In this document: piece by piece, positions 29,135 through 38,998 of the stretch
How the letters are laid out: every line of letters begins with the position of its first letter
Numbering within the stretch: position 1 is the first letter of the stretch
Assembly (NCBI GenBank): GCA_965242865.1
Contig: CBDETK010000013.1
Span: 576,001-640,000, forward strand
Reading direction: 5' to 3'
DNA from: Candidatus Latescibacterota bacterium
Lineage (GTDB): Bacteria; Latescibacterota; UBA2968; UBA8231
DNA length: 64,000 bases
Position numbers and translations under genes: made by a program
The notes under the pieces: generated by a model
What the model saw: the letters and a program-made list of their open reading frames with translations, nothing else
Databases searched by the model: none
What the model was told of the DNA's origin: nothing

Positions 29135-29890
29135 TCATATATTGTAGTGCAGCCCGCACTCTTTGTGATCGGTCGCGCCGCTGTCGTGCTCGTTGAACCA
29201 GCGCCAGCGACCGACGCGCTTGTGCTCGCCCGGGCGGGTCGGGGTTGAGCATATAATGCAGCCAAAGCTCGGATAGCCCTGCCCGTAGAGCGGATGGACC
29301 GGCAGCTTGTTTTCCTTGGTGAAATCCATGAGCTGTTCCTCGGTCCAATCCACCAATGGGTTGAGCTTGAGTAGCTTTCGCTGCGTACCGTATTCATTGA
29401 TCAAAGCCGCCTTCTTCGCCGTCTGCTGGCGGTGCTCAGATTGATCCCAACGCTGCCCGGAAATCCAACAATCCGCGGTCCGCAACAGCGCGTTGTTGGG
29501 CCATTCTTTGCGGACTTGGCAGCAGTGCTCCTGCTTTTCCTTGGAATCAAAAAACAAGTACTCGCCGTGGCGCGAAACCATCAGCTCGACGTCGCGGCGC
29601 TTGGGCTGGATGACCTCAATGCGGCAGCCGTAGCGCGCCTCAACTTCTTGGCGAAACGCGTACGTCTCCGGGTGGAGCCGGAAGGTGTCAATGGTTGCCA
29701 AGCGCAGGTCCAACCCCAAGGACGAGACCATGTGGATCATGGCCACGCCGGTGTACTGGAAGCTGGTGTTGAGGACGGCCCGACCGGGAAAGGTCTCGCT
29801 GGCCCAGCGCAGCAGGGCCTCGGCCGGCATCTGGGCTAGGGGCAAGTCGCGGATGTAGTGTTCTAACGGCTGATTGCGTTCTTTGTCCAT
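29135..29890 (-). CDS. cysH: Adenylyl-/phosphoadenylyl-sulfate reductase, Fe-S APS-reductase type
   Basis: IDTFRLHPETY, CCQVRK, GYPSFGCIIC, C-terminal ECGLH. Confidence 0.9.
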   Translation of the reverse strand: MDKERNQPLEHYIRDLPLAQMPAEALLRWASETFPGRAVLNTSFQYTGVAMIHMVSSLGLDLRLATIDTFRLHPETYAFRQEVEARYGCRIEVIQPKRRDVELMVSRHGEYLFFDSKEKQEHCCQVRKEWPNNALLRTADCWISGQRWDQSEHRQQTAKKAALINEYGTQRKLLKLNPLVDWTEEQLMDFTKENKLPVHPLYGQGYPSFGCIICSTPTRPGEHKRVGRWRWFNEHDSGATDHKECGLHYNI

Positions 29891-30113
29891 CTCGTCGTCT
29901 GCAGCGGGGAAAATGACCTTATAATGACCTTATAATATAAGATACTGAGAAAATATTGAGAAAAGAGACGCGCCGGGCCTGTCCAAAAGAAAAGCGCGTC
30001 CCGAACCTGCTAATCTGGTTGGCTCGGCCCCGGACAGCACGCCTCTTGCCATTGTTCAAACGGCAGGATTAGCTTTTTCAGGCGAGGTAAGCCAACCAAA
30101 GCGAGCACGAGCC

Positions 30114-32348
30114 ATGAGCAGCCAAAAATTACTAGAACCCGCCGATGAGGCCGCGGCCGCGCGGATTGCCGCGGCCCTGCCCGCGGCCGAGGCGGTGCTA
30201 ATCCGCGCCTCTACGGATTTGGCCGCCGACGGGCGCTTTGGCCGCCAGTGGCTGGTGGCCACCCCTCGCCGGGTCCTCGTCGTGCCGGCTCAGGGCGCGA
30301 TCGTCGATATCCCCCTCGCCTCGCTGGCCAAGGTGCATACCGACGCGCTCGTCGGCGGTGGCCAGTTGGCGATTGAGCGCGTGGATGCGCCGACCTTGGC
30401 GCTGAGCTATACGCGCTCGGAGGCCGAAAAAATGTCCGAGGTGGCGCGGGGCTTGGAGCAGTTGCGCCAAGGCCAATCCTTTGCCATCAATGGGCACTTA
30501 GACCGGACCCGTTGCGCCCAGTGCCACCGGCTCTTGCCGGAGCGAAACGGCATCTGTCCGGCGTGTATTGAGAAGCTGGCGACCCTCAAGCGCATTGCCA
30601 GCTATCTCGGCCCGTACAAACTCAAGGCGGGGGTGTTGGCCTTTGCCTCCATTGCCACCACGGCCGCCGAGCTAGCCCCCCCGCTGATTACCAAGCGCAT
30701 CGTCGATGAGGTGTTGGTCCCGGTGGAGGGCCGCGCCACCGGGTTTGACGAGCGCGTCCACCTCTTGGGCCTGTTCGTCTTGAGCTTAGTCGGCGTCCGC
30801 TTCTTTGCTTGGGTCGCCGAATGGGCCCACGGCTGGATTGCGACTTGGCTCGGCGCGCAGCTCACCGCGGATATTCGCTCGCTTCTCTACCGCCGGTTGG
30901 AAATGCTGTCTTTGCAATTTTACGACAAGCGCAAGGTCGGCTCCCTCATCTCGCGGGCCACCCGCGACGCCGGCATGTTGCAGGACTTCCTCGTCGATGG
31001 CTTGCCTTACATCGTCATCAACGGCCTAATGGTCTTTGGCATCCTCGGGTTTTTGTTCTGGATGAGTTGGTCGTTGAGCCTGTACGTGTTGATCCCGGTG
31101 CCCCTGATCATGCTGTGGGGGGTGATCTTTTGGCGGCGCTTGCGCGGGTTTTTCGTCAAGTGGGGCGAGGTCTGGTCGGGTCTGACCGAGCGCACGGTGG
31201 AGACGCTGGCCGGCATCCGCGTGGTCAAGGCGTTTGCCCAAGAGGGCCGGGAAATAGCGGCCTTTGCCAAGCCCAATGGCAGGCTGCGCCAAGTCGCCGA
31301 AAAGACCGCGATCAATCGCGGCGTGTTCTTCGCCACCATCTCGTTCCTAACCGGGTTGGGGGTCTTGGTCGTCTGGCTGCTCGGCGGGCTGCAAGTCCTC
31401 GGCGGCAAAATGACCTTGGGCACGCTGTTGGCCTTTTACTCGTACATGTGGCTATTTTACGGCCCCTTAGAGTGGTTCGGTCAAGTCAATGCTTGGATGT
31501 CGCGGGCCTTTGCCGGGGCCGAGCGCATCTTCGAGGTCATCGACACCCCGCCCGAGGCCTATGAGGACCCAGCCGCCCAGCGGCTGCCGCGCATGAAAGG
31601 AGGCATCCGCTTCCGGGGCGTCACGTTTGGCTACGACAAGAGCAAGCCCGTGCTGAAAAACTTTGACTTGGACATCGAGCCGGGCGAGATGATCGGCCTC
31701 GTGGGCAAGTCCGGGGTCGGCAAGACGACGACCGTCAACCTCATCGCCCGCTTTTACGACGTCGATTACGGGGCCATTGAAATCGACGGGATCGACATCC
31801 GCCGCATCGCCCTGCGCGACTTGCGCTCCCAGATCGGCATCGTGCTGCAGGAGCCAGTGCTTTTTTCCGGCACCATCGCCGAAAACATCGGCTACGGCCG
31901 GCCCGGTTCCTCCTTGGCCGACATCATGGCGGCCGCCCGCGCTGCCAACGCCCACAACTTCATCATCGCCAAGCCCGATGGCTATGAGACCCAAGTCGGG
32001 GAAAAGGGGGCCGGGCTTTCGGGTGGGGAGCGCCAGCGCGTCTCCATTGCCCGCGCCATCCTCCACAACCCCCGCGTCTTGATTCTCGACGAAGCGACCG
32101 CCTCGGTCGATGTGGAGACCGAGTTGCAGATCCAACAGGCGATTCAGCGGCTCGTCGAGGGCCGCACCACCGTGGCCATTGCCCACCGGCTCTCGACCTT
32201 GCGCCACGCCAACCGCCTGATGGTTCTCGACGACGGACGCATCGTCGAGTCCGGGACCCACGCCGCGCTCATGGAAAAGCAGGGCACCTTTTGCGAGTTG
32301 GTCACCATGCAAAAAGAGGTGGCCGAGATCATCGCCATTAAGGACTAA
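30114..32348 (+). CDS. ABC exporter (TMD+NBD) with N-terminal extension and CxxC..CxxC ribbon
   Basis: GKSGVGKT, LSGGERQR, ILDEAT; CAQC..CPAC. Confidence 0.9.
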   Translation: MSSQKLLEPADEAAAARIAAALPAAEAVLIRASTDLAADGRFGRQWLVATPRRVLVVPAQGAIVDIPLASLAKVHTDALVGGGQLAIERVDAPTLALSYTRSEAEKMSEVARGLEQLRQGQSFAINGHLDRTRCAQCHRLLPERNGICPACIEKLATLKRIASYLGPYKLKAGVLAFASIATTAAELAPPLITKRIVDEVLVPVEGRATGFDERVHLLGLFVLSLVGVRFFAWVAEWAHGWIATWLGAQLTADIRSLLYRRLEMLSLQFYDKRKVGSLISRATRDAGMLQDFLVDGLPYIVINGLMVFGILGFLFWMSWSLSLYVLIPVPLIMLWGVIFWRRLRGFFVKWGEVWSGLTERTVETLAGIRVVKAFAQEGREIAAFAKPNGRLRQVAEKTAINRGVFFATISFLTGLGVLVVWLLGGLQVLGGKMTLGTLLAFYSYMWLFYGPLEWFGQVNAWMSRAFAGAERIFEVIDTPPEAYEDPAAQRLPRMKGGIRFRGVTFGYDKSKPVLKNFDLDIEPGEMIGLVGKSGVGKTTTVNLIARFYDVDYGAIEIDGIDIRRIALRDLRSQIGIVLQEPVLFSGTIAENIGYGRPGSSLADIMAAARAANAHNFIIAKPDGYETQVGEKGAGLSGGERQRVSIARAILHNPRVLILDEATASVDVETELQIQQAIQRLVEGRTTVAIAHRLSTLRHANRLMVLDDGRIVESGTHAALMEKQGTFCELVTMQKEVAEIIAIKD

Positions 32349-32359
32349 CGATTAGCCCG

Positions 32360-34573
32360 ATGTCCACCTTTTTGGAAAATCTGCCGCACGCGGTCGAAGC
32401 CAAAGTCCACTCGCGCAAGGGCCGCGAGGAAAAGGTCCTGATTCAGGTCGCCACGGACATGGCCGGCGAAGACCGCTTTGAGCAGCGCTGGTTGGTGGTA
32501 ACGTCCAAGCGGCTGATGGTCCTCGCGCCCAACGGCGCGAGCAGCGACGTGGAGTTTTCCCTGCAAGCGGTCAAGTCCGCCCGCATTGAGGCCCTAGTCG
32601 GCGGCGGGCGCTTGGAGCTGGAGCGCGGCGAGGGCGCGCCGACCCATCTGTACTACTCCAACTCGCTGGCCCCCAAGTTCGCCGAGGTGGCCGAGGGCAT
32701 CGGCCACCTCAAACAGGGCCAAGACCTCAACCTGCCCCGCGAATTGGACCGGACGCACTGCGAGCACTGCCAGCGTCGCCTGCCCGAGATAGGCGGGATA
32801 TGCCCGGTCTGCCTCGCCAAATTCGATACCTTTAAGCGCCTCATCGGCTACATGCTGCCCTATCGCTTCCAGCTAATCTCGCTGCTGGGCCTGACCGTGG
32901 CATCCTCGCTGTTGGAGCTGGCGCCGCCCTATATCGTCAAGCACCTCATCGACGATGTGCTCGTGGCCGAGGCCGCCAACGTCACCATGCTCTACTATCT
33001 GGTCGGCGGCCTTTTCGCGATTGGGGTCGTCGAGTGGGTCGTCGGCGTGGTCCGCCGCTGGCTCAACACCCGAGTAGGCTTCCGCGCCATCGAGCACTTG
33101 CGCTCGGACTTGTTCAAGGCACTCCAGTACCTGCCCCTGCGCTTTTACGACAAGCGCAAGGTCGGCGCCTTGATCTCCCGCATGAACAACGATTCCGAGA
33201 TGGTCGAGGATTTTCTGCTCTTTGACATGCCTTACATCGTCTCCAATGCCGCGATGATCGCCGGCATCTTGGGGCTGCTGTTCTACATGAACTGGGAGCT
33301 GACCCTCTACGTGTTGGCCCCGGTGCCGCCGATTGTCATTGGCTCGAGCCTAATCTGGAACCGCCTCCAGCGCTTTTGGGGCCGTTGGTCGGCGCGCTGG
33401 TCGCGGCTGACGACGCATCTCAACGAGTCGATCGCCGGCATCCGCGTGGTCAAGGCTTTCGCGCAAGAGCACCGCGAGTCCGAGCGCTTTGATCAGCGCA
33501 ACCACGCCCTGCGCCAAATTAGCGTCAGTGCCGAGCGGTCTTGGTTGGTTTTCTTCATGGTGACCAACTTCTTTATGAGCTTTGGCGGGTTCTTCGTGTG
33601 GTACTTCGGCGGTCGTCAGATCGTGGAGGGCGGGCTGTCGCTGGGCGAGCTGATGGCCTTTATCGCCTACCTGTGGATGCTCTACCACCCGCTCAAGTGG
33701 TTTGGCGATTTCTACAGCTTCATGGTGCGGGCCTTTGCCGGGGCCGAGCGCATCTTTGAAATCGTCGATGCGCCCTCCGAGCCGTTCGACAATCCGAGTG
33801 CCCAGCACGTCCCCGTGCTCAAGGGCCAAGTCGTTTTTGAGGGGGCGGCCTTTGGCTACGACCCGGGCAAGGTCGTCCTGCGCAACCTCGACTTGGTGGT
33901 ACAGCCGGGCGAGATGATCGGCTTGGTGGGCAAGTCCGGGGCGGGCAAGAGCACGCTGATCAACCTCATCACGCGCTTTTACGATGTCTCGCACGGCCGC
34001 CTCGCCATCGACGGGGTCGACATTCGCCAAATTCGCCTGCGCGACTTGCGCTCGCAGATCGGCTTGGTGGCGCAGCAGTCGTTTTTGTTCAACGGCACCA
34101 TTGCCGAAAACATCGCTTACGGCAAGCCCGGGGCCACCTTCGACGAGATTTTGCGTGCGGCCCGCGCGGCCAACGCGCACGAGTTCATCGTCAAACAGCC
34201 GGACGGGTACGACATGGTCGTCGGCGAGCAGGGCGACAAGCTGGCCGGCGGCGAGAAGCAGCGCATCGCGATTGCGCGGGCCATTCTCCACGATCCGCGG
34301 ATCCTGATTTTGGACGAAGCGACTTCGTCGCTCGACACGCCGACCGAGAAGAAGATCCAAGAGGCGATTCAGCGGCTGGTCCAAGGCCGCACGACCTTTG
34401 CCATTGCCCATCGGCTCTCGACCTTGCGCAGCGCGGACCGCCTCGTGGTTCTCGACGCGGGCAAAATAGCCGAGGTGGGCACGCACGAGGAGCTCATGTT
34501 GCGCGAGGGCATTTTCTACCACTTGGTACACACCCAACGCGAGACCTCGGCCGTCATGGCCACGAGCGGCTAG
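32360..34573 (+). CDS. ABC exporter paralogue (TMD+NBD) with the same N-terminal extension
   Basis: GKSGAGKS, LAGGEKQR, ILDEAT; CEHC..CPVC. Confidence 0.9.
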   Translation: MSTFLENLPHAVEAKVHSRKGREEKVLIQVATDMAGEDRFEQRWLVVTSKRLMVLAPNGASSDVEFSLQAVKSARIEALVGGGRLELERGEGAPTHLYYSNSLAPKFAEVAEGIGHLKQGQDLNLPRELDRTHCEHCQRRLPEIGGICPVCLAKFDTFKRLIGYMLPYRFQLISLLGLTVASSLLELAPPYIVKHLIDDVLVAEAANVTMLYYLVGGLFAIGVVEWVVGVVRRWLNTRVGFRAIEHLRSDLFKALQYLPLRFYDKRKVGALISRMNNDSEMVEDFLLFDMPYIVSNAAMIAGILGLLFYMNWELTLYVLAPVPPIVIGSSLIWNRLQRFWGRWSARWSRLTTHLNESIAGIRVVKAFAQEHRESERFDQRNHALRQISVSAERSWLVFFMVTNFFMSFGGFFVWYFGGRQIVEGGLSLGELMAFIAYLWMLYHPLKWFGDFYSFMVRAFAGAERIFEIVDAPSEPFDNPSAQHVPVLKGQVVFEGAAFGYDPGKVVLRNLDLVVQPGEMIGLVGKSGAGKSTLINLITRFYDVSHGRLAIDGVDIRQIRLRDLRSQIGLVAQQSFLFNGTIAENIAYGKPGATFDEILRAARAANAHEFIVKQPDGYDMVVGEQGDKLAGGEKQRIAIARAILHDPRILILDEATSSLDTPTEKKIQEAIQRLVQGRTTFAIAHRLSTLRSADRLVVLDAGKIAEVGTHEELMLREGIFYHLVHTQRETSAVMATSG

Positions 34574-34587
34574 GGGAGAGCGACGCA

Positions 34588-35118
34588 ATGACAGACGACA
34601 AAAAATTAGCGATCACCCCGATTTCCGTTTCTCACCCCGAGCGCGTAGCCATCGACGAGATACGCCTCTTCCGCGAGCCGGCTTGGGTCTTGCGCTTGAC
34701 CATCGAGGGCGACCGCTCGTACCTGAAGGTAAAGGTCGTCCGCGCTGCGCCGCTTTCTCACCCGACCCGCTACATCTGCCTCCTCGACGCCAAAGACGAG
34801 GAGATCTGCATGATCGACGATCTCGATCCGCTCCATCGAGCGATGCGCGCCTTGATTGAGGAGGAGCTGGACCGCCGCTATTTGACGGCGTCCATTCAGC
34901 GGGTCAATGCGGTGCGCAACGAATACGGCACCTCGTATTGGGATGTGCAGACCGACCGCGGCTCACGCGAGTTCGTCGTCCAAAACGTGTCGGAAAACGC
35001 CCAGTGGCTCGGCGACCACCGGCTGCTGATCACCGATGTCGATGGCAACCGCTTTGAAATCCCGCACCTCAACGAGCTGGACAAAAAGAGTTTGGCCACG
35101 GTCGAGCAGGTCGTCTAA
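34588..35118 (+). CDS. DUF1854 domain protein
   Basis: VVRAAPLS, WDVQTDRG, LLITDVDGNRFEI. Confidence 0.8.
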   Translation: MTDDKKLAITPISVSHPERVAIDEIRLFREPAWVLRLTIEGDRSYLKVKVVRAAPLSHPTRYICLLDAKDEEICMIDDLDPLHRAMRALIEEELDRRYLTASIQRVNAVRNEYGTSYWDVQTDRGSREFVVQNVSENAQWLGDHRLLITDVDGNRFEIPHLNELDKKSLATVEQVV

Positions 35119-35400
35119 ACGCTAGGTGTTGGCGCAACGTCTCCAGCATATCCGCTCCCTATTCGATTTTGACCATTTTTACGGATTAGCCGCAGCCCCT
35201 CTCGTCCGCAATTTTCGGCAGTGGTACAGTTGGAATTTTTTAGGACGGTCGGCCCCTTTATCCGGTGCTTGAAATTTTCAAAGAGGCCCACTGCCCAGCA
35301 TGGCCCCTATTTGGAAGTGTGATAGGCAATCGTTAGTTTGATTTTATGGCCGGAATTCGCCACTCGGCAAAAACCATTTACCCAACGCAAAGGAACCGCC

Positions 35401-36126
35401 ATGGAAGCTCCCCAAGCAGCAATCAGCGTCGTCGGCCGCATGGTGCGCGTCTTCTACGCGCCGAGCGAGACCTTTGAGGCCGTAACCGAGCAGCGCACGA
35501 CCGCCGACTGGCTGGTGCCGACCGCCTTGATCGCCGCGGTGACGACCATCGCGGCCCTGCTCGTCCTGCCCATCGTCACCGGTTCCACCATAGAGTCCAT
35601 GCAGCAGCAGATGGAGGGCATGTCCGCCGAAGAGCGCGAAATGGTGGAGAAATTCCAGTCCCAAGGCGCAGCGCAGGTAGCGACCCTAATCGCCACGCCG
35701 ATTATGATGTTCGTTTATCTCTTTATCTCGGCTGGGCTTTGCCTAGTGCTGGGCAAATTGTTCGGCGGCCTACTCTCCTACGGCCAAGCCCTAGCCATAA
35801 CCGCGTATGCCGGGCTGATCACCCTTCCCCAACAAGTGCTCGGCGCCTGGCTCATCTCGGCCAAGCAGACGCCGGAAATACAGATGGGGCTAGGGCTTTT
35901 CCTCGCTGAGGAGGCACTGCACAGTTTCGGTGGCCGCTTTTTGGCCAGCGTGGATCCCTTTTTGGTTTGGTGGACGGCACTTATCGGTATCGGGCTGTCC
36001 ATCGTCGGGCAGGTAGAGCGCAGCCGGGCTTACGTTGGGGCCGTTGTGCTGTCGCTTGTTTGGATCGCTGGGTTCGCCGGGTGGGCCTCGCTCGGCGCGG
36101 CCTTCACCCCCAACTCCAACGGCTAA
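35401..36126 (+). CDS. Yip1-family membrane protein
   Basis: VFYAPSETF, five TM segments, DPFLVW. Confidence 0.8.
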   Translation: MEAPQAAISVVGRMVRVFYAPSETFEAVTEQRTTADWLVPTALIAAVTTIAALLVLPIVTGSTIESMQQQMEGMSAEEREMVEKFQSQGAAQVATLIATPIMMFVYLFISAGLCLVLGKLFGGLLSYGQALAITAYAGLITLPQQVLGAWLISAKQTPEIQMGLGLFLAEEALHSFGGRFLASVDPFLVWWTALIGIGLSIVGQVERSRAYVGAVVLSLVWIAGFAGWASLGAAFTPNSNG

Positions 36127-36136
36127 GTCGTTCACC

Positions 36137-37396
36137 ATGTCTTCCAAAAGCAGCAAAAAACGCCCCCTTTTGAAGCTCCTCGTCTTCTTGCTGTTGGCCG
36201 GCTTGGTCGGGGCCGCGATTTACTTCAACTTGCAGCGGGAAAAGGCCGAAGCAACCTATCCCACGGCGCTCGTCGAGCGGGGCGCGCTCGTCGATAAGCT
36301 GGCCGAAACCGGCCGCATCGAGCTGGTGCGCACCGTAGAGGTCAAATCCACCATTGCCGGCGAAATCCGCAACTTGCCCATCGAAGCCGGCGCGTGGGTG
36401 GAGGCCGGCGAGCTAATGGCCGTCATCGAGCCCGACCCCAACCAATCGCTGCAATTGTATCAGAAGCGGTCGGGCGTGGAGCAGGGCAAGATCGACTTGG
36501 CCGAGCAGGAGCGGAACTTTGAGCGTCAAAAGACGCTCTTCGACCGCAAGATGATACCGGCCAAGCAGTTTGAGGAAGCCGAGGTGCGCCTGACCCGTGC
36601 GCGCACCAGCCTGCAATTGGCCCAGCTCGAACTCGACATGCTCGAAGCCAAGGCCAACCTGCAGCGCGCCCAGCTTGCAGAAGGCCAAGTCGCGCTCGAC
36701 GAGGTGCGGGTCCTCGCCCCAATCGACGGCATCGTCATCCGGCGCAACGTGGAAATCGGCGAGGTGGTGGCCTCCGGGCTGTCGTCGTATTCCGGCGGGA
36801 CGGTCCTTTTCCAGATCGGCGACCCCAGCCAGCTCATCGTGCGCGGCGACATCGCGGAAATCGACATTGGCCGAGTGGTGATCGACCAAGACGTGGACAT
36901 TGTCGTGGATGCGTACCCCGATACCACCTATCGCGGCCGAGTGCGCTGGATCGCGCCGGTGGGCCAGCAGAAGCAGGGCAGCACCATCGTCACCTTTGAC
37001 ACCGAGATCGAGATTATCGACCACGCGCCGCGCCTGCGTCAGGGCATGTCCTGCGACATCGACATTCTCTTTGCGCGGCGCGACAGCGCGTTGTACTTGC
37101 CGGTCGAGCAGGTGCTGGAAGTCTTTGACGACGAAGCGGAGCGCTTTGTCGCGTACCGCGCCCAGTCGCCGGATTCGCTGGCCACGGCGGCGGACAGCAC
37201 TCGCCCAGACAGTGCGTTGCACCTGCCGCTGAGTGCCTTCGCCGAGGTGGAATTGGCCATCGGCATTGAGACCTCAACCCGCTTTGAAATCCTCTCCGGC
37301 CTCGCCACCGGCGACCGCGTCGCCCAAGACCCAAGCGTCATTCGCAGCCAGCTCGAGCAAAAGGACGAAGGCGAGGACGAGGACGAGGAACGCTGA
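36137..37396 (+). CDS. Periplasmic adaptor (MacA/HlyD family)
   Basis: VEVKSTIAG, APIDGIV, EIDIGRV, DAYPD..G, LRQGMS. Confidence 0.9.
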   Translation: MSSKSSKKRPLLKLLVFLLLAGLVGAAIYFNLQREKAEATYPTALVERGALVDKLAETGRIELVRTVEVKSTIAGEIRNLPIEAGAWVEAGELMAVIEPDPNQSLQLYQKRSGVEQGKIDLAEQERNFERQKTLFDRKMIPAKQFEEAEVRLTRARTSLQLAQLELDMLEAKANLQRAQLAEGQVALDEVRVLAPIDGIVIRRNVEIGEVVASGLSSYSGGTVLFQIGDPSQLIVRGDIAEIDIGRVVIDQDVDIVVDAYPDTTYRGRVRWIAPVGQQKQGSTIVTFDTEIEIIDHAPRLRQGMSCDIDILFARRDSALYLPVEQVLEVFDDEAERFVAYRAQSPDSLATAADSTRPDSALHLPLSAFAEVELAIGIETSTRFEILSGLATGDRVAQDPSVIRSQLEQKDEGEDEDEER

Positions 37397-37418
37397 GTTG
37401 GCTGAATCGCCTAAAAAG

Positions 37419-38804
37419 CTAGGTCCGCGTCTCTAGCTCTAAGCGGAGCAGGGCCTGAGGCAGGAACTCAACGGGGATACCGCCCAGCTCCGGCGGCGCG
37501 CTCCGGCGGGCGAGGATGCGGCTGTTGGCGTACTTGCCTATTTGTTTGAGCACCTTGGGCCGCAACTGGCCCGTCCACTTAACTTCCACCGGCCAAAAAC
37601 GACCGTCCTTTACGTAGGCGATATCGACTTCGCCCTCGCCTTTGATATAGTACGTGGGATAGCGCCGGCCATACTGGGCAACGGCGCAGGCTTCTGCTAG
37701 GAGGGCCGTGCGCTCGGGATCGGCCAGCAAGGGGCGCACTTGGGCGGCGAAAGGATCGCGCACCTCGTGCAGCCAGCTTTGTACGGCGTGGAAAATGAAG
37801 GGATCGCAAAAGCTAATTTTGCGCGCCTTTTTCGGCGCACCGGCCAGTTTGTCCTCGCGCAAGGCCGGCTGGACGCGGAGGACATCCATAGAGGCGAGCA
37901 GGGCGATGTAGTCGCTCACCGTAGCGGGATGGTCGATGCTCAGGGTGCGGGCCAAGGCGTTATAGGTGGTCTGGGTGCCGTAGCAGCGGACAACGGCGGC
38001 CAGCACTTCGCCCAAGTAGTGCTCCTGCTTGCCTCGCTTGAGCACATCGCCGCGTATCCAGTCGCTGTACGTGGCGAAGGTGGCCGGGAGGATGCGGTCG
38101 TGGCGGGCCATATCGTTAATGGCGGTGAGAAAGCCGCCGTGGACTAGATAGGCGAGAAATTCCTCGAGCAGGACTTGCTCGGTCGCTGCAGGCAGCGGCG
38201 AGCTCGGCTCGGCTAATTGGAGCAGCTCGGGGCGGCTCAGCGAGCGCTTGAGCCCCATGGCCGCAGCAAAGCTCAGAGGATGGAGCTGAAAGTCAACGGC
38301 CGCGGCTTGCCCCCGGCGGCCGGGAAACCGCATGCGGGCCTCTTGGATGACCGCCGTGTCCGAGCCGGTCGCAATGAGCACGACGTCTTCGAGCAAGCCG
38401 GCGTCGGCGAGGTACTTGATCCCCTTGTCCCAACCGGCGATATAGGTCACTTCGTCGAGCAGGATATAGCGCCGGCCCTCGCTAGGCATGGCTCGCTGTA
38501 CGGTCGATAGCAAGCGCACGAGCGCATGGTGATCGTCGATGAGTTCGCCGGAGAAAAAGCGCAGCCGGGCCGGGTCCAAGCCGGTTGCGAGCAGGTCGGC
38601 CATCCACTGCTTGAGCAGGGTCGTTTTGCCGATCTGGCGGCCCCCGCCCACCGTGTAAATGCCCGGCTGGCGGCGCGGCAGGCGGTCGAGGAGGGGAAAG
38701 CGATAGATTAGCGGCTGAGCGCGCAGGCGTCTGAGGTGCGGGTCCAAGTCGGGAAAGGCGCCGTCGAGGTGGGTATTGTGGATTTGGAACTCTTCTAAGT
38801 TCAT
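37419..38804 (-). CDS. AAA_14 ATPase with DUF4143 domain
   Basis: GGRQIGKTT, LLDEV, TGS, GGFL, EVDIA..PVEVK. Confidence 0.85.
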   Translation of the reverse strand: MNLEEFQIHNTHLDGAFPDLDPHLRRLRAQPLIYRFPLLDRLPRRQPGIYTVGGGRQIGKTTLLKQWMADLLATGLDPARLRFFSGELIDDHHALVRLLSTVQRAMPSEGRRYILLDEVTYIAGWDKGIKYLADAGLLEDVVLIATGSDTAVIQEARMRFPGRRGQAAAVDFQLHPLSFAAAMGLKRSLSRPELLQLAEPSSPLPAATEQVLLEEFLAYLVHGGFLTAINDMARHDRILPATFATYSDWIRGDVLKRGKQEHYLGEVLAAVVRCYGTQTTYNALARTLSIDHPATVSDYIALLASMDVLRVQPALREDKLAGAPKKARKISFCDPFIFHAVQSWLHEVRDPFAAQVRPLLADPERTALLAEACAVAQYGRRYPTYYIKGEGEVDIAYVKDGRFWPVEVKWTGQLRPKVLKQIGKYANSRILARRSAPPELGGIPVEFLPQALLRLELETRT

Positions 38805-38998
38805 TAAGAATCTATGGTTACGTCTATTGTAAAAATTTAGTCAATCGGCTCTGAATAAACTTAGTCAACGCAAATCTATGGCGCAATTTTGCACTTTTGG
38901 CACGAGCGCCCCTGGGCGAATCAGCCGCCCCAAACTTGGGATTGTGATTCGTCTAACTTATCTTTACCGCCTCAATTGCTGCATAACGAAAGACGCCG

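Noticed and set aside
35119-35400. ncRNA or riboswitch in the long intergenic region (also 4062-4225)
   Set aside because: No recognisable conserved motif or convincing stem; only faint REP-like traces
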